A DNA stretch of 49,725 bases from Catajapyx aquilonaris (Eukaryota): positions 1 to 49,725 of the forward strand of contig JYFJ02002865.1 in assembly GCA_000934665.2 (NCBI GenBank), given 5' to 3'. The stretch's first letter is position 1; each line of letters starts with the position of its first letter. The translations under genes were made by a program, and so were the position numbers. Shown here one piece after another: positions 1 to 12,004 of this stretch. A model generated the notes under the pieces. It saw nothing but the letters and a program-made list of their open reading frames with translations, did no database searches and was not told where the DNA came from.

Positions 1-738
1 TTTTCACGAGTGATGCGATGTCGGGGCTGAAGGTTTCCATACCTCCCAGGATACTTTGTACTACGTGTTTGAAGGCAATTATCTCCGTAATGAGGCGACC
101 TAGAGATGATGACCCCTCTACATATAATGATGCTCTGGTGCCCCTTATGCCATTGGTACATGGCTTATGGTAGAGTTGTGATACACCCTGTATCCTGGCA
201 TAACATATATGCAACTAAGCTTTCACTTTGATTTGAAGAGTTGTCTATACGACAGGATAACGTAGTGAGGTATTTTTAGTGTATCCCTCTCGACTTCGCT
301 TCATCTCCATCTATTATTTGATTTTTATGAAATGATCACGATTAGTATCAGGGTTCGATATCTACAGTGTTTTGTACAATATTCGCAAGAGAGGGGGAAA
401 AAAGACTAGTCGCTTCGAAACCAAATAAAATTTTCATATTCCAGGTGGCGATAATTTATTGAACACTATCATTGCTGTCGGTCGAGAGCACAAAGCTGTT
501 ACGCCAAATATTTCAGAATTCATTGATATCGGGTTCACCCCACCCCCTCTTTGTCGCATTTATCGCTCCCGCATGTTGTCATTCGTCCTCGTATCTAAAA
601 GTGCTAAGCAAAGCTTATCCCATACCCAATCCGATTTATAAAATGGATATTGTTGTCCTTGTAAAAAAATCGCTGTATGTTGATAAAGGTTTTAGCGTTG
701 AGCGTTCGACTCTTTTGGGCAAATCAATGGGTCGAGGA

Positions 739-1036
739 CAGCCACCAGTACAATGAGGGTACCAGAAGCAGATTTATCCTGAATGTTAGGTCTTCTGCAG
801 GACACTCAGGGTTAATGTGCGTTTACATGTGAGCGATTTGACGAGCGAAATCTTCTCCGAGGTTGAACGTAACAATCGATTTTCGCCTCAAACAATATTG
901 GTTACTTGGGTTACTCAGCCTCGGCGAAGACTTCGCTCGTCAAATCGCTCACATGTAAACGCACCTTGAGGGTGGAGCAGGTGGCCTACCCTTCAGGATA
1001 AACGTGATTCTGGTACCCTCATTGTGCTGGCGACTG
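739..1036. mobile_element. Non-autonomous TIR element (MITE), Tc1/mariner-like ends; contains a nested second MITE
   Basis: Left end CAGCCACCAGTACAATGAGGGTACCAGAAGCAGATTTATCCTGAATGTTAGG matches the reverse complement of the right end (CAGTCGCCAGCACAATGAGGGTACCAGAATCACGTTTATCCTGAAGGGTAGG) over ~50 bp. The right flank is TA (1037-1038) and the left flank is GA (737-738, possibly a mutated TA). CAGT ends with TA flanks are typical of Tc1/mariner. Related copy at ~40626-40797. Confidence 0.8.
815..966. mobile_element. Nested MITE with near-perfect long TIRs, PIF/Harbinger-like
   Basis: GTGCGTTTACATGTGAGCGATTTGACGAGCGAA (817-849) is the exact reverse complement of 932-964, and imperfect pairing continues inward. 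Flanks TTA/TGA are compatible with a decayed 3-bp TWA TSD. The superfamily call is inferred from the end sequence only. Confidence 0.8.
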
Positions 1037-1457
1037 TACGACAGGTTGGCTTCGGTACCAATTTAGTTTATAATGGGGTTCTGGCTAGGAAGTCCGTTCT
1101 CACGTTTACGTAACAGGAGTTCGCATATTGTGACGTCAATCACATTTACGTACAGAATGATCACATACGGACTGTAGGTTATGTCCTCAGCTCGCGGACA
1201 GGATCGATACAAATATGAGAAGTGGAGTTGTCCCCCGCACTTGATCGCGGCGCTGGAAAAACGCACCGTTTGTCACCGCCCTAAAACTTGGCTCAACTAA
1301 TCTCCATTACAAGCGAGTTTGACTCTGTTGACAGCCAGTCATGACCCGATGGAGGCTCCCAGGCGTGACAAATGGCAAAGTTGCTCTGTATCAGCTACGC
1401 ATATACGGCACACCCCGCTCCATACCATACCGACCTTCCTCCATCCACCTACCCCTA

Positions 1458-1488
1458 TCCTTCCTTCCTTCCTTCCTTCCTTCCTTCC
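1458..1488. repeat. (TTCC)7 microsatellite
   Basis: Directly visible tandem TTCC units. Confidence 0.95.
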
Positions 1489-4400
1489 CACCCACCCCTG
1501 CAGATGAATGCATGCCAGTAAACATCCATTGGCGCCAGGAAGCATTCAGATTCGAGTGGATGGAAGGAAATTCAGAAGTGGCAATCTATAGGCGACGCCT
1601 GGAAGAAGCAATACAGATTCCATTTGTGACGGGGAGCGTCGGTTGGAAAAGCTGGATCATTCGCCGGACGGTTTCGATCGCGCTCTCCCTCCCATGCTTC
1701 CCTGTCCCCCGTTCCCCCTGCCAAACTTTAGGGGAGGGCTCAGCCCCTTGTTCGGGATGGCGGTGGAGATTGGAGTTTGCCTAGTGAAAGGCTTTTCTTC
1801 TTACCCCTCCTCTTGCTGCCAATATATATATTTGGATCCAAGAGAAGGGTGGGGGTGGGGGGTGGGGTTAGATAGAGCTCCATGCTCCAACGCGCCTGTC
1901 TGCCATCAATGGAAGGGTTAAAAAGATCTGCTGGACATGTGGCATCCACAAAGATGGTACCACCAGAAAAAAAGAAAAAAAGTCTACCAGACATTGGAAA
2001 AAAGTGCAATCTTGTTGTCGATACTGTCACCGAAAAGCACAGAGCTGGCTGGAAAATATCGTGTAAGAACATGTGAAATTCATAGAGAGCAAGTAGAAGG
2101 TTTACAATATTGTTATATGCGCCCCTCAAAGTCCCTCATCGGGACATAACAGGGTAAATGAAATAATAATTACTAATAATATTGTTTACATGCTGAACAG
2201 GACGCAATCATCCTAGTTTGGCTGACAGGTATAGCTTTGTTTTGAAGTTCAACTGTGACATCCAAAGTTCGTTCTATGCAGTATATGTTAAGATATTGCT
2301 TCGGGCATAAGAACCACACAACGTCAGCCACAGGCCAAGGTAAAAATTAGGGCACTAAAGCTCTTCCCTTTTCTAAAGTGCCGAAGGTTATAGGCTACAG
2401 TATAGTGCCAGCATACATTTTACGACATGTGGTACAATAGTTTGATGTAGTATTAAAATTCTCGCCTGCTTCTGCAACATGCCCGCGTCTTAATAAGTCA
2501 CATGATGGAATATTTAGCCCTGTGTTTGGGAGCCGGCAGTAGACGTTTTTTTACATCCCATCGAAGCAGATTACTTCTCATGAACTAAGCCCTAAGGCAT
2601 CACATCCACGCTACATGTACTGTACGCACAGTATTTCTACGTTCAAACTCGACAGAGTTTCATAAAAATCGGGTGAAAACACGCAGTGAATCACCCCATA
2701 CTGTTCAGGATGGTCAGTAACTTCAGAATTTGCTTATGGTAAGTCAATCGATCAATTCTCAAATCAGAATGCTCTACATTTTTGTCTATATGAGGCCTTA
2801 CATTAATTCGTACGAGAAAGTTGCGTGTTAGGTAGATTACCATTGGCAGTTTAGAAAATATCCTGTGTATCCAATCACACACCAAACATACTTGCTTGAC
2901 GGGTGATATGCCTGCAGGAGAATCCCTTCAGGGCATACTGCCAATGCAATGGTAAGAGAATCAAAACTTATGCTCTGTTACGCGCTGTAACGACGCCTGT
3001 CAGCAAGATCTTATGTAGAATAAGTTATTTAGGTTTTCAGGCTACGGAATAGCACTACCAGAAGCTAATCCGGTAGTTACTGATCGCCCTATATTGAGCC
3101 ATCTTGAAAAGCAGTTTACTTCATTAACTTACTGGTGCTGCGTGAGTTTTAGGGGCGCTGCTAACACCTTTAGTAAAATGCATAGCATATTGATTTCATG
3201 TAAGAACTACAAAACTTTGTGAAAAACAAGCAATGACACTATGGAATTCCTGATGTGGCATTGTAAAAACTCATTTTAATATTTAAATGTAAGTGTTTTG
3301 GCTTTGTTATAACAGCCATAATATGAACCATATATTGCAATTTTAAAAGTATTAACCATGCACTGATCAACACGCCTCTCTGTCCTTATTATAGCGTGTA
3401 AGTTACACCAAGAATTAATTTGCTCGAAAATACGATGCGTTTGTCATGGAAGTTGTAGAAGTGTCTCAACTTTGCCGGAGTGGCATTTGACATGCCTTCT
3501 GTTGCGGTGGTTTTAAGTATTTATTTCGCTGTGGAGCCTTCTCCTCCCCTCCCCTCATTTTATCTGAAAATGAAACAAGTTGAATAAATCCGCGCAGCAC
3601 AAAGTTTACCGCAACAGTGGTCGAAAGTCACTTTCCTCTCCAAAGAGGTAAGCGCCAAAGCTCTTTTAGGCGTATAAAGTTGGAGAGAGAAGAGCTTACA
3701 GTACAATGAAATTCGACTTGTTTCGACCAAAAAGCTGCGGAAACAAAGAGGAAAAAAAAAACTTTCAATTATTTCTCCACCTAGGTCATTTGATGCCAGT
3801 ACTGCATTTTTTATTGAGGCGACGCGACTCAATCCTTGAAACTAGATGACTTTTTGCTTATTTGACCACGACAAAGGAAGTCAATATCCAATTCAGATCC
3901 TATTGGTGTTGATTTGGAAGCACCATTTATAAACAATGCTGTTTAGGCGATAATTTAAATAATTGCCAGTCTTGAAGCATGTCACCTCAAGTTGACATTA
4001 GTATTTTGATAGCATAAGCCACTAGTATTTGCTTGAGGGATCACACCAATGAAGTGAAGCTTTACCTAATATTGGTTCTCTAACCTCCAGCTAAACGCAA
4101 GGAATTACATTTCTCTCTCACATTTTTTTTTTTTTTTTAACCTGAGTGGAACCCAAGAGCGATGCGCGAATAAAACAAACCTGAGCCTCGATCACACCAA
4201 ATATTGAACCCCCTTTGGTACACTTTTCCTTCATTAGCGAACTGGTTGGTTGTATGGGGAGGGTTTTGGGATGGGGAGGTTCTCCTTTTCGGTTCATTTT
4301 CCACCCCCATCCCCACCCCCCCTCCCGCGATTCATTTCCCGCCGGGGGTTTACGGGCGGGTGCAACGACATTGTAAAAGCGTGGAAAACGACGCACAAAC

Positions 4401-7400
4401 CAATGTAATCACACCCTCGCACCAGAATTATGAGAACAGAACATCAACGGCACATTATCCCACACCCAATTCAGTTCCGAGTTCTGTTTAAAAATTATTT
4501 TTTTTTACACATTCTCTGAAGTCATCTCTGCAAATATTTGTCCAATCCTGTTAGTCAATTGGATGCCTCGTATGTACACAGTGCTGTCCCACCAGAAATC
4601 CTATAAATATGAATCCGGCAGTCCCATTGTGGAAGATCGCACCCAGTGGCAATAGCTTTTAATACGGTTTTGGGCTGTGGCCCAATCCCACCAATCAATA
4701 CTATCAATGGGAAGCGCTTATAGGTTCAAACTTGATGGTCGAATATTTTTGGAAAGAAGGAATCCGAATTCCGCATGATGCGACGACAATTGCCGATTTT
4801 TTTTTACATGCTTGACATTGGCTGCAGGTAATGGTGAGGTCGTACATGAACTTTGACTGTTTTTGGGGAGGAAGGAAAGAGGGGGCCCGGACAGCCAAAT
4901 GTCATTACCCAGGGGTGACATTGATTGCTGCTTCAGTGACAGTGAAAACGGGACATTAACCGTCCGAATGGAGGATCTTTGTGTGCCTTTGGGGCCGTAA
5001 ATTCCGAGGCGCTATCAGTAAAATATTACGGGGCCCTGAATTAATACATTTGCTTGGTACCAATATTCTGTTCTTCGCATAATTTACATCCCACACTGCA
5101 ACTAAATTTTTGGTGTATGCAATAGGCCTACATATTGTGCACCTTAAATTATTTCGGGAATTTTTATTTTTCCGCACAGTTTTTGATAACAGATGAGCTG
5201 AATATGTACTGATGGATATTAAAGCTTCTTATATGATTTCCTTTTCATCTCGTGCTGATGATTAATTCACCCTGTTACCAACAAGCTATATTTTTCTAAT
5301 CATTGATCTCAGCATTGTGAAATTCTCTGTTGTTGTTCATATACTGGTGCAGTTCATTGCAAAACTGCCAGAAGAAGTTATAGGCCTAGGGGGCCGAATT
5401 TGACAGCGAATTTGTTGAATCGCCAGAGAACAATAAGGATCAGACCCACAAATCCAATAATCCTCCCCGAGGGAGTGCCCATCTTGCCCATATGTAGAGG
5501 TATGATGGACATTTCGCAGTGATGTGCAGGATATTCCTTCTTTGACAAAATAGTGAAATTCCATTACGATTTGTCCTTGTGTTCGCCAAAAAAATTGTAT
5601 TTCCTTATTATTTTTATTCAACTAATATACGTACATACACTGGTTAGGTAATTGAGGAAATACATGATGGAGTATCTGAATTTCATGATTAATGTATCAG
5701 TGTCATAAAATATTTCAGATTGACATAACTTGCTTACGGTGCATTATTTATGGCATTCATTTCGAAACAGTTGCACATATCAGGTACCAAAATACTGTAT
5801 CGCAGATATCGGAAGGGTTCCCTCTCTGAGGTGCGGCTGTGGCTTTTAATCCTATTGATGTAGCAAAGTGAGTAATATTTTACTTTGATTTTTCATTACC
5901 GCTATAACCAAAACAAATCCCATTTGGTTAATTGTGAGATTATGATGAAAATGTATTGCATAATGATCAACACACAAGAAGTTTGAACGAAAATCACGCG
6001 GCTTTAAGAAAAACTGTCAGCCTAAAAAGTAAATGCAATCAGTCAGACTGATCACGACAATAGTACGTAATTTACGAAGCATCACTAGACAGTGATGACT
6101 ATCGTCATAAGTAGGCTATACTTCACTGACATTTCCACTTATTCTTATATATTAATTACGGAACTATTCGCCGTTTGAAAGGGCGACCAGGCACGTGAGT
6201 AAAATATTACTGGTAAACCCAATATTTGTAATTAATTTAGGCACCCTTGAGTAATCACATATTTGGGGGTAGGTGAAATAAAGAACGGTACACGCGATTT
6301 GGTAATTGCTGAGATTATAAAACCTTGAAGTGATGGGTTGATTGCACCATGGTCGAATAGCGATTTTTCAGATTTGAAGTAGGTTATTCATTGTATACTA
6401 ATATATTGTTGCCGACCTGAAAGTGTGAATGTGTCAGATCTGATACGGCCCTTGATAACACTAAAGCTGTCTCTTACTGATGAGATTTTCGGTCCTGCCA
6501 GCACTCGCCATTCTAAGTTCAGGTCTTTCTTCGGTACCGTACCGATGACCTTATGAAAAACACTTCCGAGACACCGGCACTGAAAATGCGGCGTTATCGA
6601 CGAGAAAGCGCTTTCTCCTTCAAAAAACAACTATTTCCCTCACCGTTGATACCGTGGTTGATACCCATACCGATGCTATCCGTCATTTTTTGCACAGTGG
6701 TGCCACTCCGAATGCTTGTCAGATAGACTGCCCTATTGTTCTCTGATCAAAACGAATCTGAGGACCCTGTAAGATTCTCTTGCAATCAACAGATGACTTT
6801 CCCACCATAATCCCGATTCCCACGACTGGAATGCGATATTATCGTGGGACACGTATGTAATGATAATACCCTAAATTTTGGTAGTTGGTTGTATCATACT
6901 ATGCATACTTTTCCAACCACTGTCCACCATCAGTGTGGGCTTACAACAAACATTATTATATGTAATTTGCAACATCATCACTTAGCGCTTTTGTGTGTCA
7001 CCATTACGTTCGTTCACAATGCACTCTAGATGCGATAGTCGCTATACGACATTTGGCACGTGGCGAAGGTCCTGCGATCGGTGTCCACTACAATTACCGA
7101 CAGCACAAAAACGCCTCGCTAGTGGAACACACACCCACACCCGTCCACACACAGCAAGCCCCCCCCCCCCCCNCACAAATACCGGTACAGTGCCTAATGT
7201 TGTTGCCAGTAGATTCATGAAAGCCCCAGCGAGTGTGTCGAGTGAAATGGGGCATGTGTAAATGTATAGAAGATATAGAGATTTAAGGACCGGCAGTGGC
7301 CATTCCATCGGCATTGAATTCAGGCCAGCAGGGCTTTTATCAGGTGACGGTAGATGTACCGTCCGCATTTGTTAGAGCACTGAATTGACTATTGTTCTGC

Positions 7401-10400
7401 TGAGAGTTTGGCTTTGGGGTGGGGTGGGGAGGGTGGGAGGTGTCACACCCTCTGCGATCGATGGATATGTTGTTGTTGTCATTGTTTTTTTTAGGCAGAT
7501 ATCTTTGGGATTGGCGCAGTAGCCCAGCTTTGCAATTTCCCCAAACCAGCAGGCTCCAGTTTGATGACGGCGAATGATTCAATTTCCTGGGAGAATTGAA
7601 ATGTTGTGTAATTGTCTCGTAATTATTTCGACTTCTCCATTACCCTGGTTGTTTAATAGCTACGTGGCTCCCAAACTGGCACTATTTTTTCAGCCATTTT
7701 TTTCACGTCCTGGCATGGGATGGTAATCATGTTAGCCCATCTGTAAAACAATCAAGTGTCCGTTCCCATACCTATAGCCATGGAAACTGCGTATTGATTT
7801 ACAACTACAGATGAAGTTTTTTTTAAAACAATGGCACATTTTTGAAAAGATACACCCCCCTTGCTGCTATTTTTGGAAGCTCGACGACAATGAAGCGATG
7901 GGGGTTAGCAAAGCGTATCGCTGTGATTTCCAATCTCTTATAACAACATTACTAAATCGGGGTTGGCGCGGTCAAAATGTAGCATTGTTGCAAATATGTA
8001 CGAGGCTAACTGGTTATAAAAGGTGGGGGGGGGGAGGCATTGTGTCCCGGACACCGAATGCCCCTTTTCAGGTCAGAGTATTGTTGGCCTTGCAGATGCT
8101 TTCTACTTATACACGTACGCACCGTGATGCAGCGGACCCGACTGTTGTACTGTTCATCTCTGAACAAGAAACTGATGAAAAAGGGCACAATGCTGGCCGG
8201 GGTTTGAAACACGTGATACAAAAGAGCCTTGCTAAATATGTGGTTGTAACGCATTTTTGGAGGCCGTATGAATAATTCTGAATGTACTCTACCACGTGAA
8301 TGCTACAGCGTGTATCATAAATGATGGAGGCGTTCCTAGTCAGACAGGTTTCTATATTAGAACGTATGCAGATTCGGTAAGGCAAAAGGTAACTGATTAT
8401 AAATGTTGCGAGGTCATAATTCCAATGTGTCCTACTAATGACGACACTAAAAACAAGAGAGAAAGTGCTCTATAGTTGGACAAGTGACAGATGCGACCTT
8501 CTAGTACAGCTGAAATATGAACATCTATTACTTGTTACCCGAATATTCTTGAAGATATTTAAGTACTGAACTGCTCGTACTAGTTACTGAGGTTTAACTG
8601 GATTTGGGGGGGGTCCAACACTAACATGAATAAATACACCTCCGGAGTGGATCGATCTCTGATTCTTCATTCAGGCAGGCGAAAAAACCTCGTCAGATAC
8701 GTGACTGGGTGTTGGGAGCGACTTTCACGACCTTTCAGGTCAAGGGGGCCAAATTTGGGATCATCCTCCTTCCCCTTCCTTTCTTTTTTTCCAGAAAAAA
8801 ATGAAGGAAAATAAAGGTTAGTTCTGAACGAGATTGCTGTTGTCAAATACCAAAAGAGTTAGAAAGAGAAGAGTATTTTGCCTTTTGCACACACTGTAGC
8901 GTATTATTGTTGCTGTACATTTTCATAACTTGTAGGCCTACACGTGCAACTTATTGTGTTGAAAGCTCGGTGCGAATTCCGGTGAGCCAGTGTGGTTCCT
9001 GTGGTTTGTTGCAGTAACAGTGTAGCCTGCAGCATAATCGTACTAAACCTGGGTCTACAACATTGTGTGGCGGTAGTTAATTTAAACCTATACTTACTGT
9101 ATTTTTTTACTGCCAGCTGGTGCCATGTGTGTTCTCGATCATTCCCGGCATAAATGCGATCAGTATATCAGTGGATATTGCATGCTATTTTTGCCATATT
9201 CATGAATCTTTGTTGTTGCCCTTTCGATCGGGATTAATTAATATTAATACATGTAATTGCTAGAATATGTGTTTATTGATATTTCAACGAGCCTTATATA
9301 TTTTAAATACTGTTTGAAAAGATAACCATTATGCCATGGTGTGTGCACAGCTATGCATAAAGGCATTACCTTCTGAAATAAGAATTTTTATGGTCGTTTG
9401 CTCATCATCATAATTATCAGGTATCGACCCCAACAGCATCATTACTCTAATGGCAAAATTATTACGCCCGTTGTTTGTGTTATAATGACGTCTTAATACC
9501 TTGTTTATTATGGTTATATGTCAATATAACTTTATATAGGTAACGGAGGTTTAACAACTGAGGCCCGGATGTTACGTCAATTTGCTGATGCTTATAAAAC
9601 ATTGTTTACATTTGAACTGGGGAAGCGGAAATTCAACAAATGATGTAACTGTGCATTTTGTGAACTAGACTAATGTATGCTTCAGGCGATATATCATTGC
9701 AGATAGAGTGCACTGCATGCAATAATTCAACTGCATAAAAGTACTAGCATTTTATTAGAACCATTCCTGCGATGGAATGCAAAATATGCCAGCGAAAGTA
9801 AGGATAATATGTTTAATCTAGCAATTTTGTTGCACTTAAAACAAAAGTTTCAAGTAACGCAAACCTTAGAGTAATAATCCTCACATTGTACTGCAGTATG
9901 CTGCTCTTTTCACATACTTATGCTCAACACCAGCTGAATATTTGCATGACCAACCTTGCAGACAGGTACGGAAAAAAGGATGCCAAGATTTTTTTTTTTT
10001 TTTGAAAAGTCTATTTAGCCTCTCATGGGACATTTTGTGTGCTCCTGCGCAGTAATTGATCGTCTCGTGTACAGAACTTTACAGAAGCTCAAGTCAATAA
10101 ATTTCGGGATTTTCTCTGCGCGATGCGGTTTTTCCGTACGGGAAATCCTGGCAAACGTGAGTGGGCTGGTTGGGGGTAGAGAAGAAGTTTTAATATTGTC
10201 AGGCGGGAGATAAAAGTATGGAGGATTAGCGCTTTGAAATTGCCGACGTGAAGGGAAAATATTGCTTCATTGCTTTAATACACTAATTTTTTTTTTATTT
10301 TAAATTTTTTCCCCCAAGCCGGTTGTATACTGGAGTCAGTTAGCTGGTGTCTTCTAATTAGATTCAACTCCAGAGGGTGTGTGCAATATGGCGGGATAAC

Positions 10401-11214
10401 TCCGCGACCATAATGCGTAGTAAGGGAGTTTTGCACGCGGCTGATGACGTGGTTGGGGGAATTTACTGTAGTTATGCTCAGTGGAGCGTCGGCTGTTTTA
10501 CATCGGTCGCACGTGTATCATAAATAATTATGACACATCTATAGGTTTTGATTAGCGTGCGTATTGTTGAATTTAATGAAGTGATCAACTATTAGTTACG
10601 TTCCATTGGTTCGATTTCAAGTCGCACATGCCTATACTGACAACGTGACAAGTGAGTGTAATTGTGAATATGTGCCACTTTAAAAGTGGGCGAGACGAGA
10701 GCAGTGTCTGAAAGAAGGTCTTCCATCCTTTACGTGGTTTTTACAATCTTGACTCCCCTCCTCTTGAGAATTGTCAAAATCAGTAGTCGGGTGTATCAGA
10801 TGCTGGTGACGTTTTCATTTCTGTTGGGAAGGGAAAGGAACTAAGACATTTAGAAGACATCTGCGGGACATATCCAGCAGTCTTTCTGAAGGGGGGGGGG
10901 GGCATCCCTATATTCTTTTAATATATAGGCACTTATGTGGTTGACTCTTGCTTCTATCAACGTTTCTCATGCATGGATTGTTCATCAAAATATTCTGCTG
11001 TGCCTTCTATCGCACTGTAAAGGTCGATAGTTTCACGCACAATGACTATGTGCATCGTTATAATATTGCTTCCCGATGAATTCAAATTCAAAATCAACAG
11101 AAGATAGCCGGTCCATGTTATATATTTTTATGTGACATTTACGTGGTGGAAATTCTGCAATTCATTGCATTGTTAGGTGCGGGCTTGGGTGCGGGAAAAA
11201 GGCTATCCTTTCTA

Positions 11215-11497
11215 GGGGGCATGGCAGTCTAGTGGCTATGCTACTGGCCAGCCAAGCGGGAGGTTCGGGGTTCAAATCCCGTCCCCGTTACCTTCGATTT
11301 ATCGGGTCTTTCTCCGCTTTTCACCCGGCATGTCTGGGCAGAATTGCACTCCCCTTCTCTGCCCAGGGCCAAGAGAAAATGTCTGGGGAACCTCCCCTTC
11401 CCCCCAAGAGGGCCCCTGGCCCCACGGAGCCTTGAGTGAACCAATGCTTGGTTCACTCAAGGCCCTATCACGGGATATTAAAAACAAAACAAAACAA
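11215..11497 (+). mobile_element. tRNA-derived SINE (tRNA-Gly-like head), about 280 bp, (AAAAC)n tail
   Basis: GGGGGC start, A-box-like TGGCAGTCTAGTGG (11222-11235) and B box GGTTCAAATCC (11269-11279). GCCAGCCAAGCGGGAGG resembles the tRNA-Gly(GCC) anticodon/variable region. GC-rich body, 16-bp perfect hairpin at 11429-11463, tail ...GGGATATTA(AAAAC)3AA. TSD is at best degenerate (ATCCTTTCTA vs ATCATTTTAA). Confidence 0.85.
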
Positions 11498-11909
11498 TCA
11501 TTTTAATACCAATGTTCACGGTTCATGACTCAGTGTAACTCCCACCTAATACGTCGCCCTAGAACTTAGCACATAAAAATTAAAATAAAATACAAAATAA
11601 ATATCCTCCCGCCTAATATAAACAGCAGCAACTGTGCACTGATTATGCCGGCAAAGTCATCGGGTCTCCTTAATGGAACAAGCTGTATATAATCCCAGGC
11701 GGGGAGAAGTGCGTCCAATAGTATGTTGGGGACACTGCGGTCGAATCTGGTGGGCACCATCTGGCGAAACGGAGTGCACTTTCTTGGGCACTTATTCCAA
11801 AATGCGTGCACCTCCACTCTCTCGACGCGACGCGACGCCCAGAATAACAGCTATTGGCTACATTGCTTCAAACACACCTATAGTTGTCCCTCAAAATAAT
11901 GAAAACAAT

Positions 11910-12002
<93 letters not shown>
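11910..12002. repeat. Compound trinucleotide microsatellite (ATG)10(ATT)21
   Basis: Directly visible; it produces the poly-M/poly-I artefact ORFs in the track. Confidence 0.97.

Positions 12003-12004
<2 letters not shown>

Noticed and set aside
1269..1292. TTTGTCACCGCC...AACTTGGC shared in inverted orientation with ~41207-41244
   Set aside because: A single shared 12-mer in 50 kb is expected by chance, and the flanks do not align.
7158..7173. N base at the end of a poly-C run
   Set aside because: Sequencing or assembly ambiguity, not biology.
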